Positions 48,775 through 62,333 of a stretch of 64,000 bases of DNA are shown here, piece after piece (the first letter of the stretch is position 1; each line of letters opens with the position of its first letter). The notes below the pieces were generated by a model. That model saw nothing but the letters and a program-made list of their open reading frames with translations, ran no database searches and had not been told where the DNA came from. The DNA lies in assembly GCA_030704615.1 (NCBI GenBank), contig CM060734.1, forward strand, positions 22,754,001 to 22,818,000, read 5' to 3'. Source of the DNA: Takakia lepidozioides. Lineage: Eukaryota > Plantae > Bryophyta. The position numbers and the translations under genes were made by a program.

Positions 48775-51700
48775 CTATGGGCTTGTATCCCGCTGTAGAA
48801 GTATGTTGACTTTGTTGAAACTCATAGTGGCTTGGTGAATGAAGAAGTCCCGCTTTGGATCACAAACCATCCTTCTCAAGAAGACGAAGTAAAGGTGTTT
48901 GCACGGTATGAAATTCCCTCTCTTTCCCAAACTACTTGAAAGCATACCAACAAAATCAGGACAGGTACAATTTGGAAAATTGGAAACAGTGATGTCGTAT
49001 GTCTTGTCCTGCAGCGCAGATGCGGATGAGATCATGGTGAAGACCCGACCATACCTTGGATCAGGCACTTCCATTGTTCCCGCAACACGAGCGTGAAGCA
49101 TTCTCGCGGACTCGATTTTGCCATAGTGTTTTGCGGTTGGAGGGAATCGTCGAACCAGCTTCCCATTCCGTCTGGTTGGCCACAAGTGAGCGTCAGGCGG
49201 AGGTACCCGTGAACCGCTTGTACTTGAAGCACCTTCACGTGTAATGGAATGTCTGGCTAGGGAGAAACCCGCCTCTTCCAGCATTGCGATCTCTTGGTGA
49301 GTGAGACCTGTGCCCATCTTCACAGGCCACACGGTTGGTGGAGTAGGCTTCCTCACCACGGAGGGCCTCACTGTCCCACGTACACATCTCCCGCAATCGT
49401 CAGCGCAAAACCAAAACTTGTGGTTCTTTGCCTCTCCTTGGCCGTAAGGGAAAAACAAACCAGTGAATGTAGGAGCTGCAGTGCGTTCTTTCCCTCTGGA
49501 TATTAATGATGTACATTTTTCATGATTGGTGGCCCTAATCGCCGCGCATTTCACACTCGATCCAGCACTTGTGCGTTCTATATGTCAAACCTCGTCCAAG
49601 CACATGGACTCTATTACATGCCGCACCACGTTTTGGTCTTCAACCATTGCAGTGACAGTGCTTGATGCAGGGGTCCGGTCTGGGGCAGAATGGCCCTCAC
49701 CTGTGGATATTCCGCAATTCCATCTCTGATCCAAGGGAACACGTGGCGTCGAGAAGTTGACCCTGTCCGCCCTATGGGAGTCTGCATCCGATCCGGGAGG
49801 GGTATCCAATTTCCGTTTGCAAGACCCGAATCTCTCTTCACCTTCCAAATGAGGAACTCTTCCCACGAGAGGGCTGCCATCTGCACATATGCTCACTGCC
49901 CGCGCTATTTTGCTGGGATCCCCCAATCTTCTGGCTGCCTGCAACATCAACTCGCTCCTGTCCGGGCCTTTGCCTCCAAGGCCACCCCTCAAGAATGACC
50001 TGTATCTGGTTTGCTGCTGCAGAGTACGGATAAGGTCATCAGCTGTAGCCGCATACAAATCTCTTCCCTTTTTGTTGGATTGCTGCAACCAGGCATTGTG
50101 CACTGTCTCCGCTAGATTGCAAGACGGCATGTCCGCCATCTCCTCAATGGACATATGCTGCCAAGGCAAAAAAACACAAAGCCGATATTAGGATGGGACC
50201 CTGAAAGATATATCCGAAGCACCCAAAGGAAGGTGAATGCAAACCGCTCATCGTTGTCATGGCCGCTCCCCACTGCCGGTAACGGAAGTGCCAAAATGCG
50301 AACCAGTCTTCCAGTGCCCTCATGCTGTCCTCCGATGCCGCTCCAGATGAGTACCACCAGGCACGAATTGTCTGGAACAATGTATTCGCTTCCCCCATAG
50401 TTTTGGCGTCTTTGTATTATTTGCACAGTTGACGATGCATACTCTGCATATCTGGCTTGATGTCTGCCTTTGTGTGTTTATCCAGGGATTGTGTCCAATG
50501 AAAAAGACACGTACGTTCTCTTCCAGGCATTGGCACTTTTGGATCTCCCGTCCCGAATACAATGCGGACAGCGTTGAAGTTAGCTTGAGCATTGTCGGCC
50601 ATGAAACCAACAAAATTGGGAGATGGGAGACCATTGGAGGCCATAACACGAATGAGAGCTTCCCACATGAGCTGCTGTGAATCTGTGTCCTCTGACTGCA
50701 TATCACACACTACAATTGTCATGACACGCTGGTACACAGGGTCGTAAACATGACATGCCATTGTGGTCCAGTCTTTAACCCTCTTGACGTGATCGAACAT
50801 AAAGAAGCAGTTGCCTAGATCGCCACCCTTCTGCATACGTTTAACCAGGCTGACTCCGCTGCCCTCACCTTTTGTGGACATTTTGAACATGAACACTTTC
50901 CTGGCTCCTTGCCCCGGGAATACGTTGTCTTGGATGTAGTCGTACATGCTCCTTCTCTTCAAATCCATAATATTGTCCATATAACCTTGGCTCCCAGAGC
51001 CCATTCTTAAAGCGTTCACCTGATTCCTAATGTTTGGAGAAGTCAAAGTCGAGAAATGGTCCATAACAGTGTCCAAAGCTGGTCCCTCCAATTTTCCTCC
51101 AACCGAATCCGATGCACACAAAATACGGCTTTCCAGAAAGGACTTGCTCGCCCCCATGGCAATTGCAGATGTGGTTCCAGTTGGATTGGTATCCAACTCT
51201 TGCCTTATCAGACGCGAGACTGTCTCAACGCTCTCCCTGTAATCCCCCTTGGACACAGGGTGGTTGTGAAAACCGAAATGGACTCTCGTCAGGGTTTTGA
51301 ATCGATGCACCACATAGTACATTCTGGCGCCACACATTGCAAGCCAGCAAGGCGGTACCCTACAAAACTTGCACACAAAAGTGTTAATGTATGGAGGTGT
51401 CACACCAGGCTTGAATGGATTCTCACTGATACCATCCCATTCGCTTTGGTTTTGCACACCCGACAATGCGAAGTGTCTGCATTTCATGTTATCGCATTTC
51501 AGGTGCCCATTACAGACTATTCGCCTGAATATGAGGTTGTCGTGGTTGTGAATATTGGAGGTTTTTGTGCGGCACCAAGGGTGCCCATCGTGCTTTTTGT
51601 CCATTCCTTCCATGAGACTGGAAATGCCCCCAACGCGACCAGGAGGAGGCAGCTCAAAAACAATATTACCATCAAAAGATTCCGGCAAGAATGCCACCCT

Positions 51701-52273
51701 CTGAACATTGAAAGTGCTCCAGTCAATCCCCCTCAACTCACTCTTGAATCCCGCCATCCCACCCATGGCTTTCAGTTTAGGAATGACACTAGTGATCTCC
51801 TCCACATCTGCTTCCTGATGTGGACATGGCTGATCCACGGGCGGTATTTCACAGGTGTCATCGGAGGATGAGTCCGAAAGCTCAACTACAGTGTTAACGG
51901 TACTTGACTCCTTCTTGACAACCACGGGTGTTTTCTCCTGGGCCACTGATGTTGTCGTGCCAGGAGTAACGAATGATCCTGCAGACTGTCTCCGAGGAGC
52001 ACTAAGCACCCTGTATCTGCCTGGAGTCACTCTCCATTGTGTGGTTGGTGCAGTATGCGAAGGTTTCTGGAACGCGTACTTGAGCAGTTTTCCATTGGCA
52101 TCGTACACTTCCTTTTCAAGGAATAGAGTTCCATTTTCCAACCAAAACTGCGTTGCGAGCACATGTTCATGCACCACCGCAAAACCGTCATCTTCCACCT
52201 CGTAAGAAAAGGGGACAGGGTGGTCCTCACTGAAGAAGTCCGCGTCAAGGGAGCCCATGGACTGGGAGGCCAT
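48775..52273 (-). pseudogene. Near full-length Mutator-like transposase with GCM-like DNA-binding domain and SWIM
   Basis: GHPWCRTKTSN..CNGHLKC..CKFC..CGARMYY..GFHNHP; FMFDHVKR; FMADNAQAN; CLFHW; CNLAETVH; CTCPDF..CKH. Stops at 50417 and 49585; probable intron ~50159-50251 with a GT>AT donor. Confidence 0.92.
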
Positions 52274-52751
52274 CTGTCAATGTTGCTTCAAAACAAACAG
52301 TTCACAGTCCGACGTTGCTTCTGATTGCAGGTTGTACTAGAGCGGAGTTTTTTGGCTGTATAGATGACGTCCTTACACACAGTTGCAGGTGTCACACCGG
52401 CTTGCAGGTCTCCTAATGCGGTTCGGCACATCGTAGAAATGTGTCCCCATGCGAACCAAGTGGACGGTCGCAGAGTGCCCAAATGCGGAGTGGATAATGT
52501 CAGCCCTAATCAAAGAATGCAACTGTTTTCTCAAAGGTGCCCCACCAGTGCATTGGACAACCAACTCAGCAAGATTCACTGACAGAGCCGCCATTTGCCT
52601 GTCATGTCAGAGATTCCAGATGAGATGCCCATTTCCATTCATTTTAACGGCACCTGCACCGCTGTACAACTGTACATACTTCACATTCTTCTGAAACATC
52701 CCTAAAGCTATTACTCATCAATGAACTTTTTTGGATGAGAGGTGGACCTGA

Positions 52752-55503
52752 ATGAATTTCGAGACGGTGACCATATCCCGAGGGAGAAGAAAACGTCGAA
52801 GAACCCTTTACTTCACATCAAACAAGCAAAGGGTACGCGCTAAGGAGAGAATGAGGAAGGCAAGACGGGAACTTATAATGGGAGAGGAAACCTCCGGCGG
52901 AGATGAGGACGAACGCCAAAACCCGATTCTGCAACCACTGTTTGGAGAGGAAGGTCTTCAAGTGATCCCGGAGGCGGCCGAAGAGCAACCTCCAATTGAA
53001 AGGGGGAAGGACGAGGAAGTCAGCTGGGCTCGGGAGGAAGCACTGCGAGTGGAGAACCAGGTCTTGAGAGAGCAGGGAGGAGAGATGGACACAGAGACCA
53101 TAATGTCTGTCATTGTTTCGCACCACCGGGACCCCTTTGGAAGTATGCTGCCTCCAAACCCCATGGAAAATTTGAATGCCTCAGGAGCATCATCAAGTGC
53201 AAAGAAGAAACCGGAGGTGACTATCAACCCGCTTTATCCTTTTTTTTGTCTGTTCCATGCTCATCAGAGAGGTCGACATCAACCTTGCGTCAACACAAGG
53301 TTGATGTCGACCTCTACAGTGTATGTTCTGGGCATGAAACGAGTGCAGATGCTGCACTCGAATCAACCTTGCGTTGACGCGAGGTTGATTCGTGTGCCTT
53401 TTCTATTCAATCCCACAAACCCTAAACGCCTGGCAGCCATGGAACTGTTGAATGCTCCCGGTGCATATACAGTGCCAAGAAGAAACCATAAGTTGCAATG
53501 TGCCTTTCCATGTGATTTTTTTGTTTGTTGAACACCAATCTGAGAGCTCCACAGCAACCTTGCTTCAACGCAAGGTTGATGTCGACCTCCAAAGTGTTTG
53601 TTTATGAAGGTGACATGAAGCAGATTCAGCACTCGAATCAACCTTGCGTTGATGCGAGGCTGATTCTGATGCCACTCTCTGCATCTGAAGTCTCGCACCA
53701 GGAAACGCAAAGTAGGGAAAGTCGATTATCTGAAGCCACCAAAAGAACCCTGCGTCAACGCAAAGCATTTAGTTGGTTCAATGTACTGTTGCGGTATGCA
53801 TTTCAGACTAAGCTGCATCCCCATCAATCAACCTTGCGTCAACGCAAGGTAGATCCATGGGAGCTCAATCTGTCACTCACAGAGATATTCATTCTGTGTA
53901 GAGGAAAAGAAAAAGGAAATCTGTGGGGGGAGATGCGGAAGTGGCAGAAGGTAATGGTGAGGAGGAGTCATTTGAGGGACACTATGAAGACAAGGCCGAG
54001 GAGGTTATGGGTGGGCAGAAAGTGAACTCCTCGAAGGTGATTCTGTCAATGGAGGTTCCCGGCGGAAACCTGGTTATCCCACTATGCAGGATGATCTCCA
54101 TGCCCGCAGTTCGACCCGTATTGAGGAACGACATCACGAAGTTGAAGAACGATTTTGTTCACGGCTATGTCAAGGGATCTGCTGTGTTCTATGTATCCAC
54201 TGTGAACACGAAAGGAGAGGAGTGTCCTGTAACAGAGGAGATAGAGCAAAGTTGGGATGCATGCTGGCGGGATGTAAACAGGGAGTTTGAGTTCAAGCTG
54301 TCCAAAAAGGCCTCCACAAAAGCGTTTATGGGAAAGATGTTTTTTGTCTGGGATGGGAACCATAGACTGCTTGCCTGGATGGATTACATTTCAAGCTTGC
54401 ACTCGGACGAGTTCGAATGGCATTGGAGCGTGGTTTCCATGGTACTCGACCACAAAGGACGTGTCACACAGCTCTTGACAGCCATACACGACATAAACAA
54501 GTAAGTTACCAACATTGTTCCCGTTCCGATCTGCATTTGCACAATTAGAAATCATCTTATGAGTTGAAGGTTTTTCCAAGTCCAATGAAACCTCCCATGT
54601 GACGACAAATCTCTGCCACATTCTATTCCGTATCCAGAAGATAGGGCTGATGCCACTGGAGTCATTCACGAACGTGCTTAGTCCTCAACAGATGAAGAGG
54701 TGTGCTGAAAAGAAGACAAGCACATGGTACAGCCTGACAATGAAGGCTTTTCTTGACTACATGTACACGGTAAGCTTCTTGATATCTGTCTGATTGTTGT
54801 TACTGCAAATTTTATCAAGAAACGGCAGTGTTTGATTCTTTCTCCCTGTAATGTATGCAGCAAGAAATAGCAGAAACTGGTTTGAAGGCGAAAGCAGAGT
54901 ATTATGCTTCCCACATAGAAGAGCAGAAGTCTGCTACTGGGCTTGAGGACATAATGAAATTCGAGATGAACAATCAAAGGAAGAACCTCATGAGTGCGTT
55001 CGACAAACAAATCCGCATAGCAGATCCAAGTCTTGGCACGGAATTTCTGGAACAGGTGAAAGCACATTATGACAAGTATGGCTCAAAGCCAAAGATGACC
55101 CAAGAGAAACTGCATCGCCTCTCCATTTCAATGGTGGACAATGCAACCAAAATCAGGTGGTTGGAGATCTGGAATTCCGATCCACTTGTGAGAGACACCA
55201 ACATGTTCCCATCTCCTAAGAGGGACTCGAAGACACAAGCAATAAAAGTTGTTAGCGACCACACATTCGACCAGTGGCTACACAAAGCAACCTTTTGGAG
55301 CCAGGTAAAGTTTCTACAAAACCATTTTCAAATGCTTGTGCTACTCCGTGCTCTCTCCACAATTCTTATGATCTTTCTTGCTGCAGTTGGAAAAACGAGC
55401 GGTGGCTGCACTTGGGGAGTCAATGGCAGACTACAAAATCCAGATGTCTTGCCCCCGGATCACACTGGAGGCCTATATCAGGAGATGGAAGCTCGCTGTC
55501 TGA
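52752..55503 (+). pseudogene. Multi-exon gene encoding a ParB/Srx-like domain protein, divergent from the transposase
   Basis: Exons ~52752-53216, 53902-54500, ~54580-54769, 54861-55304, 55387-55503, with GT-AG sites (one acceptor apparently mutated). Motifs VRP..ITKLKNDF..GY and FFVWDGNHRLLAW. Confidence 0.7.
53275..53850. repeat. Intronic imperfect palindromes AATCAACCTTGCGTTGACGCGAGGTTGATT
   Basis: About five or six copies; same motif family as 48420-48575. Confidence 0.85.
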
Positions 55504-55529
55504 AACAACTGTTTTTTCAGGGAGTTTGA

Positions 55530-55938
55530 GAGAAGAAAAGGAATGTGGGATCTGATTGAAGCTGGAGCAAGAACATTGGCTCCCATTGCGAAGCGTATTC
55601 TTGCTCAAGTGTGCTCTGCCTCATCTTGCGAACGCAACTGGAGCAGTTACTCATTTGTTCACAACAAGATTCGCAACAGGTTGAATCCCGCGAGGGCTGA
55701 CAAATTGGTGTATGTGTATACCAATTGCCGACTGCTACGTGAGAGGGCAACGGATGATGCTGCAGTATGGTATGAGAGGAATTTGCATTCCGAAGACTCT
55801 GCTTCTGAGGCTGATTCGATGAGTGACGATACTGAGCCTCAGAGAGAATCATCTCAGAGGGAGATATCTGTCTCCGATAGTGAAGATGGATCCGATGATG
55901 CTCCCGAAAATGCTCCCGTTTACATTCACAGAGGATGA
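55530..55938 (+). pseudogene. hAT transposase C-terminal dimerisation domain fragment
   Basis: WDLI..LAPIAKRILAQVCSASSCERNWSSYSFVHNKIRNRL..DKLVYVYTN. Confidence 0.93.
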
Positions 55939-56989
55939 TGCTTATATCCAGCCGACCTTTGATGACCTTCTTGAAGAAGTGCGTATCACAGATGAAGGTG
56001 AAGCTGCAATTGTGTCATCCCCAGAACATGGTCCTCAAAATGAAGTTGGGGTCGACCCTCGCCCCCCATTACACGCTGAAGCCACCGGTAGTGCCCCAAC
56101 GGAGCTTAGGGGTGATGTACTGCCAGGACCAATCGACGTACGCAACCATATTCATACAAACGATGGTGTCGAGCCAATTGTACAGTCGACGGGACGAGAT
56201 CATGCCTCACCGATATGACCAGCTCCACCACAATGCCAAAACCGATCTAGCTCCTCATCAACACAGCGGGCATTAAGAAGCAACAGGGTTGATCTGTTTT
56301 CCACACACATGCATCATTCTGCTGCATTGGACCGGACAGAAGTTGAAGCCTCGGATAATGACAACCTGCCACTACAATTCCACCTTAACCGATACCTCCT
56401 TCGAAACCACCTTCGATTGCGACCCAAGTCCATAAACGACAGAGAACAGTCCAACCTTTTGTAAGCGATTGGCCCACAAACAGGCCAGATACCGTGGATG
56501 GTATTCAAGACCGGAGCGGGAGTCGACCTCAGTGAGAACTAAATGTGGTTCGAGGTCGCTTGCAGATTCAAAGGCTTGGACATATGAGGTCGGATAGGGA
56601 GGACGATTCCAGCACTGATCATGGCAACGGTGGTGAAGTCGAGGGTGACCCGGATTTTCAACCCATCGGAGCATTAGGATTAGGATCTTCTTCGTCCCGT
56701 CGTCGAAGCGGTAGAAGGAATTGAAGCAAAACAGCTGTAGGCATGCATCAGCACTTTTTAGTGGACATGTTTATATTTCTGTACTGAAGTAATACCAATG
56801 TGATCATTGTCACTATGAGTATTTGTATTGCTGTTGTGTATGTGTTGGAAAAAAAAAAATGTTGCCCACGTGTATACCAGCCAAAATGTCGGCCAAAGGC
56901 ACCGTCACTTGCTCATGTTTGTGTTCGGTGATTTGCTTGTGGAATGGAGAACAATTCTGCCATGCTTCCAACTGTGCATTCATTTTTAT

Positions 56990-59256
56990 TTAAATGGAGC
57001 GACCGCCAAGGTGGCGGTCGCTTCTACGAGGTCTGCCCTCCGCGTGGAGCAAGGAATGAGGGGGGGGATATAAACTCCCAGTCATTATTTTGAAATGAAG
57101 CGACCGCCGTTACTGGCGGTCGCTTTTCTGTTTTTTTGGAGCAAAATGGAGTGACCGCCATTAAGGGCGGTCGCCATTATTGTTGTTTTTTGTAATTGCA
57201 GCGACCACCATTAGTGGCGGTAGCTTTTATTGAAATTTCGTTGGAAATGGAGCGACCGCCAAGGTGGCGGTCGCTTCTACGAAGTGTGCCCTGCGCATGG
57301 AGCGAGGAGTGAGGCGGGGGGAGGGAGGCATATAAGCTCCGGGACATTCTCCCCTCACTTCCGGTCGCTTGAAGTTATTTTTTGTTTTTATAAATGCAGC
57401 GACCGCCATTACTGGCGGTCGTTTTTTTTGTTTTTAAATGGAGCGACCGCCATGGTGGCGGTCGCTTCTACGAGGTCTGCCCTGCGCGTGGAGCGAGGAA
57501 TGAGGCGGGGGGGAGCATATAAGCCCCCAGTCATTCTCCCCTCACTTCCATTACTGGCAGTTTTTGTTTTTACAAAATACAGCGACCGCCATTACTGGCG
57601 GTCGCTATAATGGTTATTTTTTAAGATGCAGCGGCCGCCATTACTGGCAGTCGCTTTTATTTTTTGAAATGGGGCGACCACCATTACTGGCGGTCGCTTT
57701 TATTTTAATTATTTTGGAAATGAAGCGACCGCCGTTACTGTCGATCGCTTTTTCGTTTCTTGGAAGAAAATGTTGTTTTTTGTAATTGCAACGACCGCCA
57801 TTACTGGCGGTCGCTTTTTTTTTAATTTGGTTGGAAATGGAGCGACCGCCATTTGTGGTGGTCGCATTTATTTTAATTGTTTTGAAAATGAAAATGAAGC
57901 GACCGCCATTACTGACGGTGGCTTTTATTTAAATGTTTTTGAAAATCAAGCGACGCCATGACTGGCGGTCGCTTTTATTTTAATTGTTTTGAAAATTGCT
58001 AGCGGTCGCTTTTATTTTAATTTTTTTGAAAATAAAGCGACCGCCTATGTTGACGGGCGCTTATTTATTTTAAATGTTTTGAAAAAGAAGCGACCGCCCA
58101 TGTTGGCGGTCGTTTATTTATTTTAAATGTTTTGAAAATGAAACGACCGCCTATGCTGACGGTCAATTATTTACTTTTAATGTTTTGAAAATGAAGCGAC
58201 CGCCTATGCTGGCGGTCGCTTATTTATTTTAAATGTTTTAAAAATGAATCGACCCCCTATGCTGGCGGTCGCTTATTTATTTTAAATGTTTTGAAAATGA
58301 AGCAACCGCCTATGCTGGCGGTCGTTTATTTATTTTAAATGTCTTCAAAATGAAGCGACCGCCAATGTTTGCGGACACTTATTTTTCTTTAAGTTTTTGA
58401 AAATGAAGTGACCGCCTATGTTGGCGGTCGCTTATTTTTTTTTAAGTTTTTAAAAATGAAGCGACCGCCTATGTTGGCGGTCGCTTATTTATTCTAAATG
58501 TTTTGAAAATGAAGCGACCGCCTATGCTAGCGGTCGCTTATTTATTTTAAATGTTTTCAAAATGAAGCGACCGCCAATGTTTGCGGACACTTATTTTTCT
58601 TTTAAGTTTTTAAAAATGAAGCGACCGCCTATGTTGGCGGTCGCTTGTTTATTCTAAATGTCTTGAAAATGAAGCAACCGCCTATGCTGGCGGTCGCTTA
58701 TTTATTTTAAATGTTTTCAAAATGAAGCGACCGCCAATGTTTGCGGACACTTATTTTTCTTTTAAGTTTTTGAAAATGAAGCGACCGCCTATGTTGGCGG
58801 TCGCTTATTTATTTTAAAGTTTTTGAAAATAAAGTGACCGCCCATGTTGGCGGATGTTTATTTATTTTAAATGTTTTGAAAATGAAGCGCCACTGCTTTT
58901 TTTTTTAAATTTAAAAAATGAAGCGACCGCCTATGTTGGCGGTCGCTTATTTTTTTTTAAGTTTTTGAAAACGAAGGGACCGCCTATGTTGGCGGTCGCT
59001 TGTTTATTTTAAAAATTTTGAAAATGAAGCGACCGCCTATGCTGGCGGTCGCTTATTTTTTTTTTAATTTTTAAAAAATGAAGCGACCACCTATGTTGGC
59101 GGTCGCTTATTTATTTTAAATGTTTTGAAAATCAAGCGACCGCCTATGCTGGCGGTCGCTTATTTTTTTTTTAATTTTCTTTAAATGAAGCGACCGCCTA
59201 TGTTCGTGGTCCCTTATTTTTTTTTAAGTTTTTGAAAATGAAGCGACCGCCTATGC
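56990..59256. repeat. ~53-bp hairpin minisatellite (AAGCGACCGCC-N6-GGCGGTCGCTT plus A/T tract), roughly 37 motif copies
   Basis: Regular ~53-bp period from ~58037; looser copies from ~57000. Confidence 0.95.
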
Positions 59257-60620
59257 ATCGAACGATTTTCGACTGATCTCGTATTACACTGGGACGTATC
59301 AGATGGTACATTGAACACACTGGCCAAGTTTCAAAGCGAACGAAAATCATTTGGATGGGCAACCATCCGTTGGCCCATTCAACGAATTTCGATTGAACTC
59401 ATATTACTCTGGGGCCTCTTACATGGCACATTGAACATAGTGGCCAAGTGTCAAAGCGAACCAAAATCATTTCGATGGCCAACCATCCGTTGAGCCATCG
59501 AATGAATTTCGATTGATCTGATATTAGTCCAGGACCTGTGAGAGGGTGTCTCAAACGTGCTGGCAAAGTTTGGAAGCTAACAAAAATGATTTGGATGGGC
59601 AACCATCCGTTCACCCGTTGAATGTATTCTGTTGGAGCTGCTATTGCTTGAGGACCTGTTGGACTGTGTTTCGCGTGTTGACGATTTTTTTTTTCATTCC
59701 GTTTTTTAGTGGGGCGTGTAATGTAGCCATATGCAACGTGTGTGCCAAATTTGGGAGCGATCGAAATCCATTTGGACCCAAAACCACAGTTTATTCCCTG
59801 TTTTGCACTCCAAGCTTGATTTGTGTTCTATTTGATGCACTCTTCATAGAGAGTTTTGCAATAGTGAGCGAAGAGAACACTTTTTTTTTGGGGCATTTTT
59901 TATTGGTCCAAATTTTGGCGGGGAAGTAGCCGTGGGATGTCGGAAGCCGCAGAACAAAATTGAGCCAAAAACAAAATCGATACGTGCCAGAAACCCCCAT
60001 TGAAATGCAGTGCAAACCTATTTATTGGCTTAAAATAAATTTAAATTCAATTAAATTGTGGAATGGCTCGAGGGGGGAGCGCGTCGATGGGGAGGCAAAT
60101 GATTTATTCGTTTGTTGTGTCTCTGCACATGTTCAAGCACATGCGGGCAAAAGAGGGGCTTCAACCACATCCGTTCAATGGGTGCAATAGCCGTGCACGC
60201 ATTGCAGGATTTCTTTTTCGCATTGAACAAAAACCAGATGACAAGTGAACGCCTCATTGGACAATCGAACGATTTTCGATTGATCTCGTATTACACTGGG
60301 ACGTATCAGATGGTACATTGAACACATTGGCCAAGTTTCAAAGCGAACGAAAATCATTTGGATGGGCAACCATCCGCTGGCCCATTCAACGAATTTCGAT
60401 TGAACTCATATTACTCTGGGGCCTCTTACATGGCATATTGAACATAGTGGCCAAAGCGAACCAAAATCATCTCGATGGCCAACCATCCGTGGAGCCATCG
60501 AATGAATTTTGATTGATCTGATATTAGTCCGGGACCTGATACATGATATGTTGAACATAGTGGCAAAGATTGAAAGCAAACGAAAATCATTTGGATGGGC
60601 AACCATTCAATCGCCCATTG
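59257..60620. repeat. ~350-bp direct repeats (59257-59610 and 60264-60620) with ~117-bp internal subrepeats
   Basis: ATCGAACGATTTTCGA..GGGACGTATCAGATGGTACATTGAACAC..TTTGGATGGGCAACCATCCG duplicated. Confidence 0.85.
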
Positions 60621-62333
60621 AATGAATGGGGTTTCGTCTTCGATTATTCTGGGACCTGTTACATGGTATGCCCTTTGAAGCTCTTTTTGTAGTGTCTCCT
60701 GCCTCGTAATGCGGTATTTCTCCATGTCCACTTTATCCAATATGTTAATATTCTCCACCTGGAACAGATCCACATATGTATGCAGAAATCCTTAAAAAAA
60801 CAAATGACCATTTCAACTTTTATAAGCTTCATCCCCAGCTTCCAGTTTTGATGGTCATTTGTTTTTTTAAGTTATATACGCATGTGTGGATATGTTCCAG
60901 ATGAAAGATATTAGCATTGGAAAAATAAGAGTTGGAGAAGCACCTCATTACGAAGCAAGAGACATTACAGAAGACCTCAGCATGTGGAACATCTGGATGA
61001 AGAACCTTGCCCATCGTCGCTTCAAAGTTCTAGCGCTTCTGAAATGATCACATGTTTGTTGGTGGAAGCAGATCTCGTAGGCCACATTGATCTCGTACCC
61101 ATCGAAGACTCCCGTAGGCCACATGGAACGGTTCATGTGATACATTTTCACAAATGCAATGTGATACATTTGTGAAATGGTATCACATCAACCGTTTAAT
61201 GTGGCCAATGCACGTCTTCCGCACCATGGCGGAAATGTTCGCCACTTGAAAGCACTAACACAAATAATCCGTTTAAACAATATCAAGAATCATATGTACT
61301 GCAAGGTGTTTCATACTGCCGATGTTCATGTAGCTGAATTATTTAGGAATCGTTTTGCTACTCCCATGCCAATAACATCAGGTCCACTGCGACTGCCATA
61401 TTCCGAATTCCGTATCAGCCACCACGGACATGAAACCAGGAACTTCGCACAAAATCTCCAATTCATTTAATTTATGGTGGGCCATGGCTGCAGCCTGCAA
61501 GCTGGCCGAGGTGGCTGATACGTCCGTTTGAACATGACAGTCTCAGAGGACGTTGACATGGGAATAGCAAAAAGAGTACTACAAAATTCAGCTAGAGGAA
61601 CAACAATAGCATGAAACACCTTACCGTAGATATGATTGTTGACATTGGTTGTGACAGCTCCAATCAATAGAGAACTCGTACCATTAGTTGCGCTTCAACA
61701 GAAGTACCGGTCCCCCGAGTAAATAAAATTCCGTTGTAAATAATAAATTGCATACGCTCGAACCTCACAAATGTCATTTCAACAAAACCGGCCGTGTATT
61801 GTGGCACTGTTTGTAACTGCGAATATTTCAATGTTTTTGACAGGGTACTGAGAAAATGATATATTGGATCCATAAGAGTTAGACAACAAACGTTCCATAT
61901 CTGATTCAACTGTGCGATACTACTATGAGTGACATGGATAAAAAAGTAATAGGTGTACATGTGATCTCCGCACGTTTAAGTAGAGACCTAGTATCAAACG
62001 TTCGGAGGTCGCATGTGCACCTATTACTTTCCGATCCATGCCTCTCATGGTAGTGTCGCACAGTTGAATGAGATGAGACGTTTGTTGTCTAACTTCTACG
62101 GAACTAATACATCGTTTTCTCATAACCCTATCCAAACCTTGGAACATTACAAATATAAACAGTGAGCCAGTACACAAACCATTTATGTTGCGATGACAGG
62201 TGCCAAGGTCGAGCATATGCAATGTAGTATTTACAATGGGACTTTATTTATTACATGCACGATCAAAATTGAGTCATGTCTTCATAAAAGAACCATTGTA
62301 CCGCCATAAATATCATATCTACGAGACTATGGT

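Noticed and set aside
56990-59256. CRISPR-like array of palindromic repeats
   Set aside because: Inter-repeat segments are near-identical A/T tracts, not unique spacers; no cas genes; eukaryotic context.
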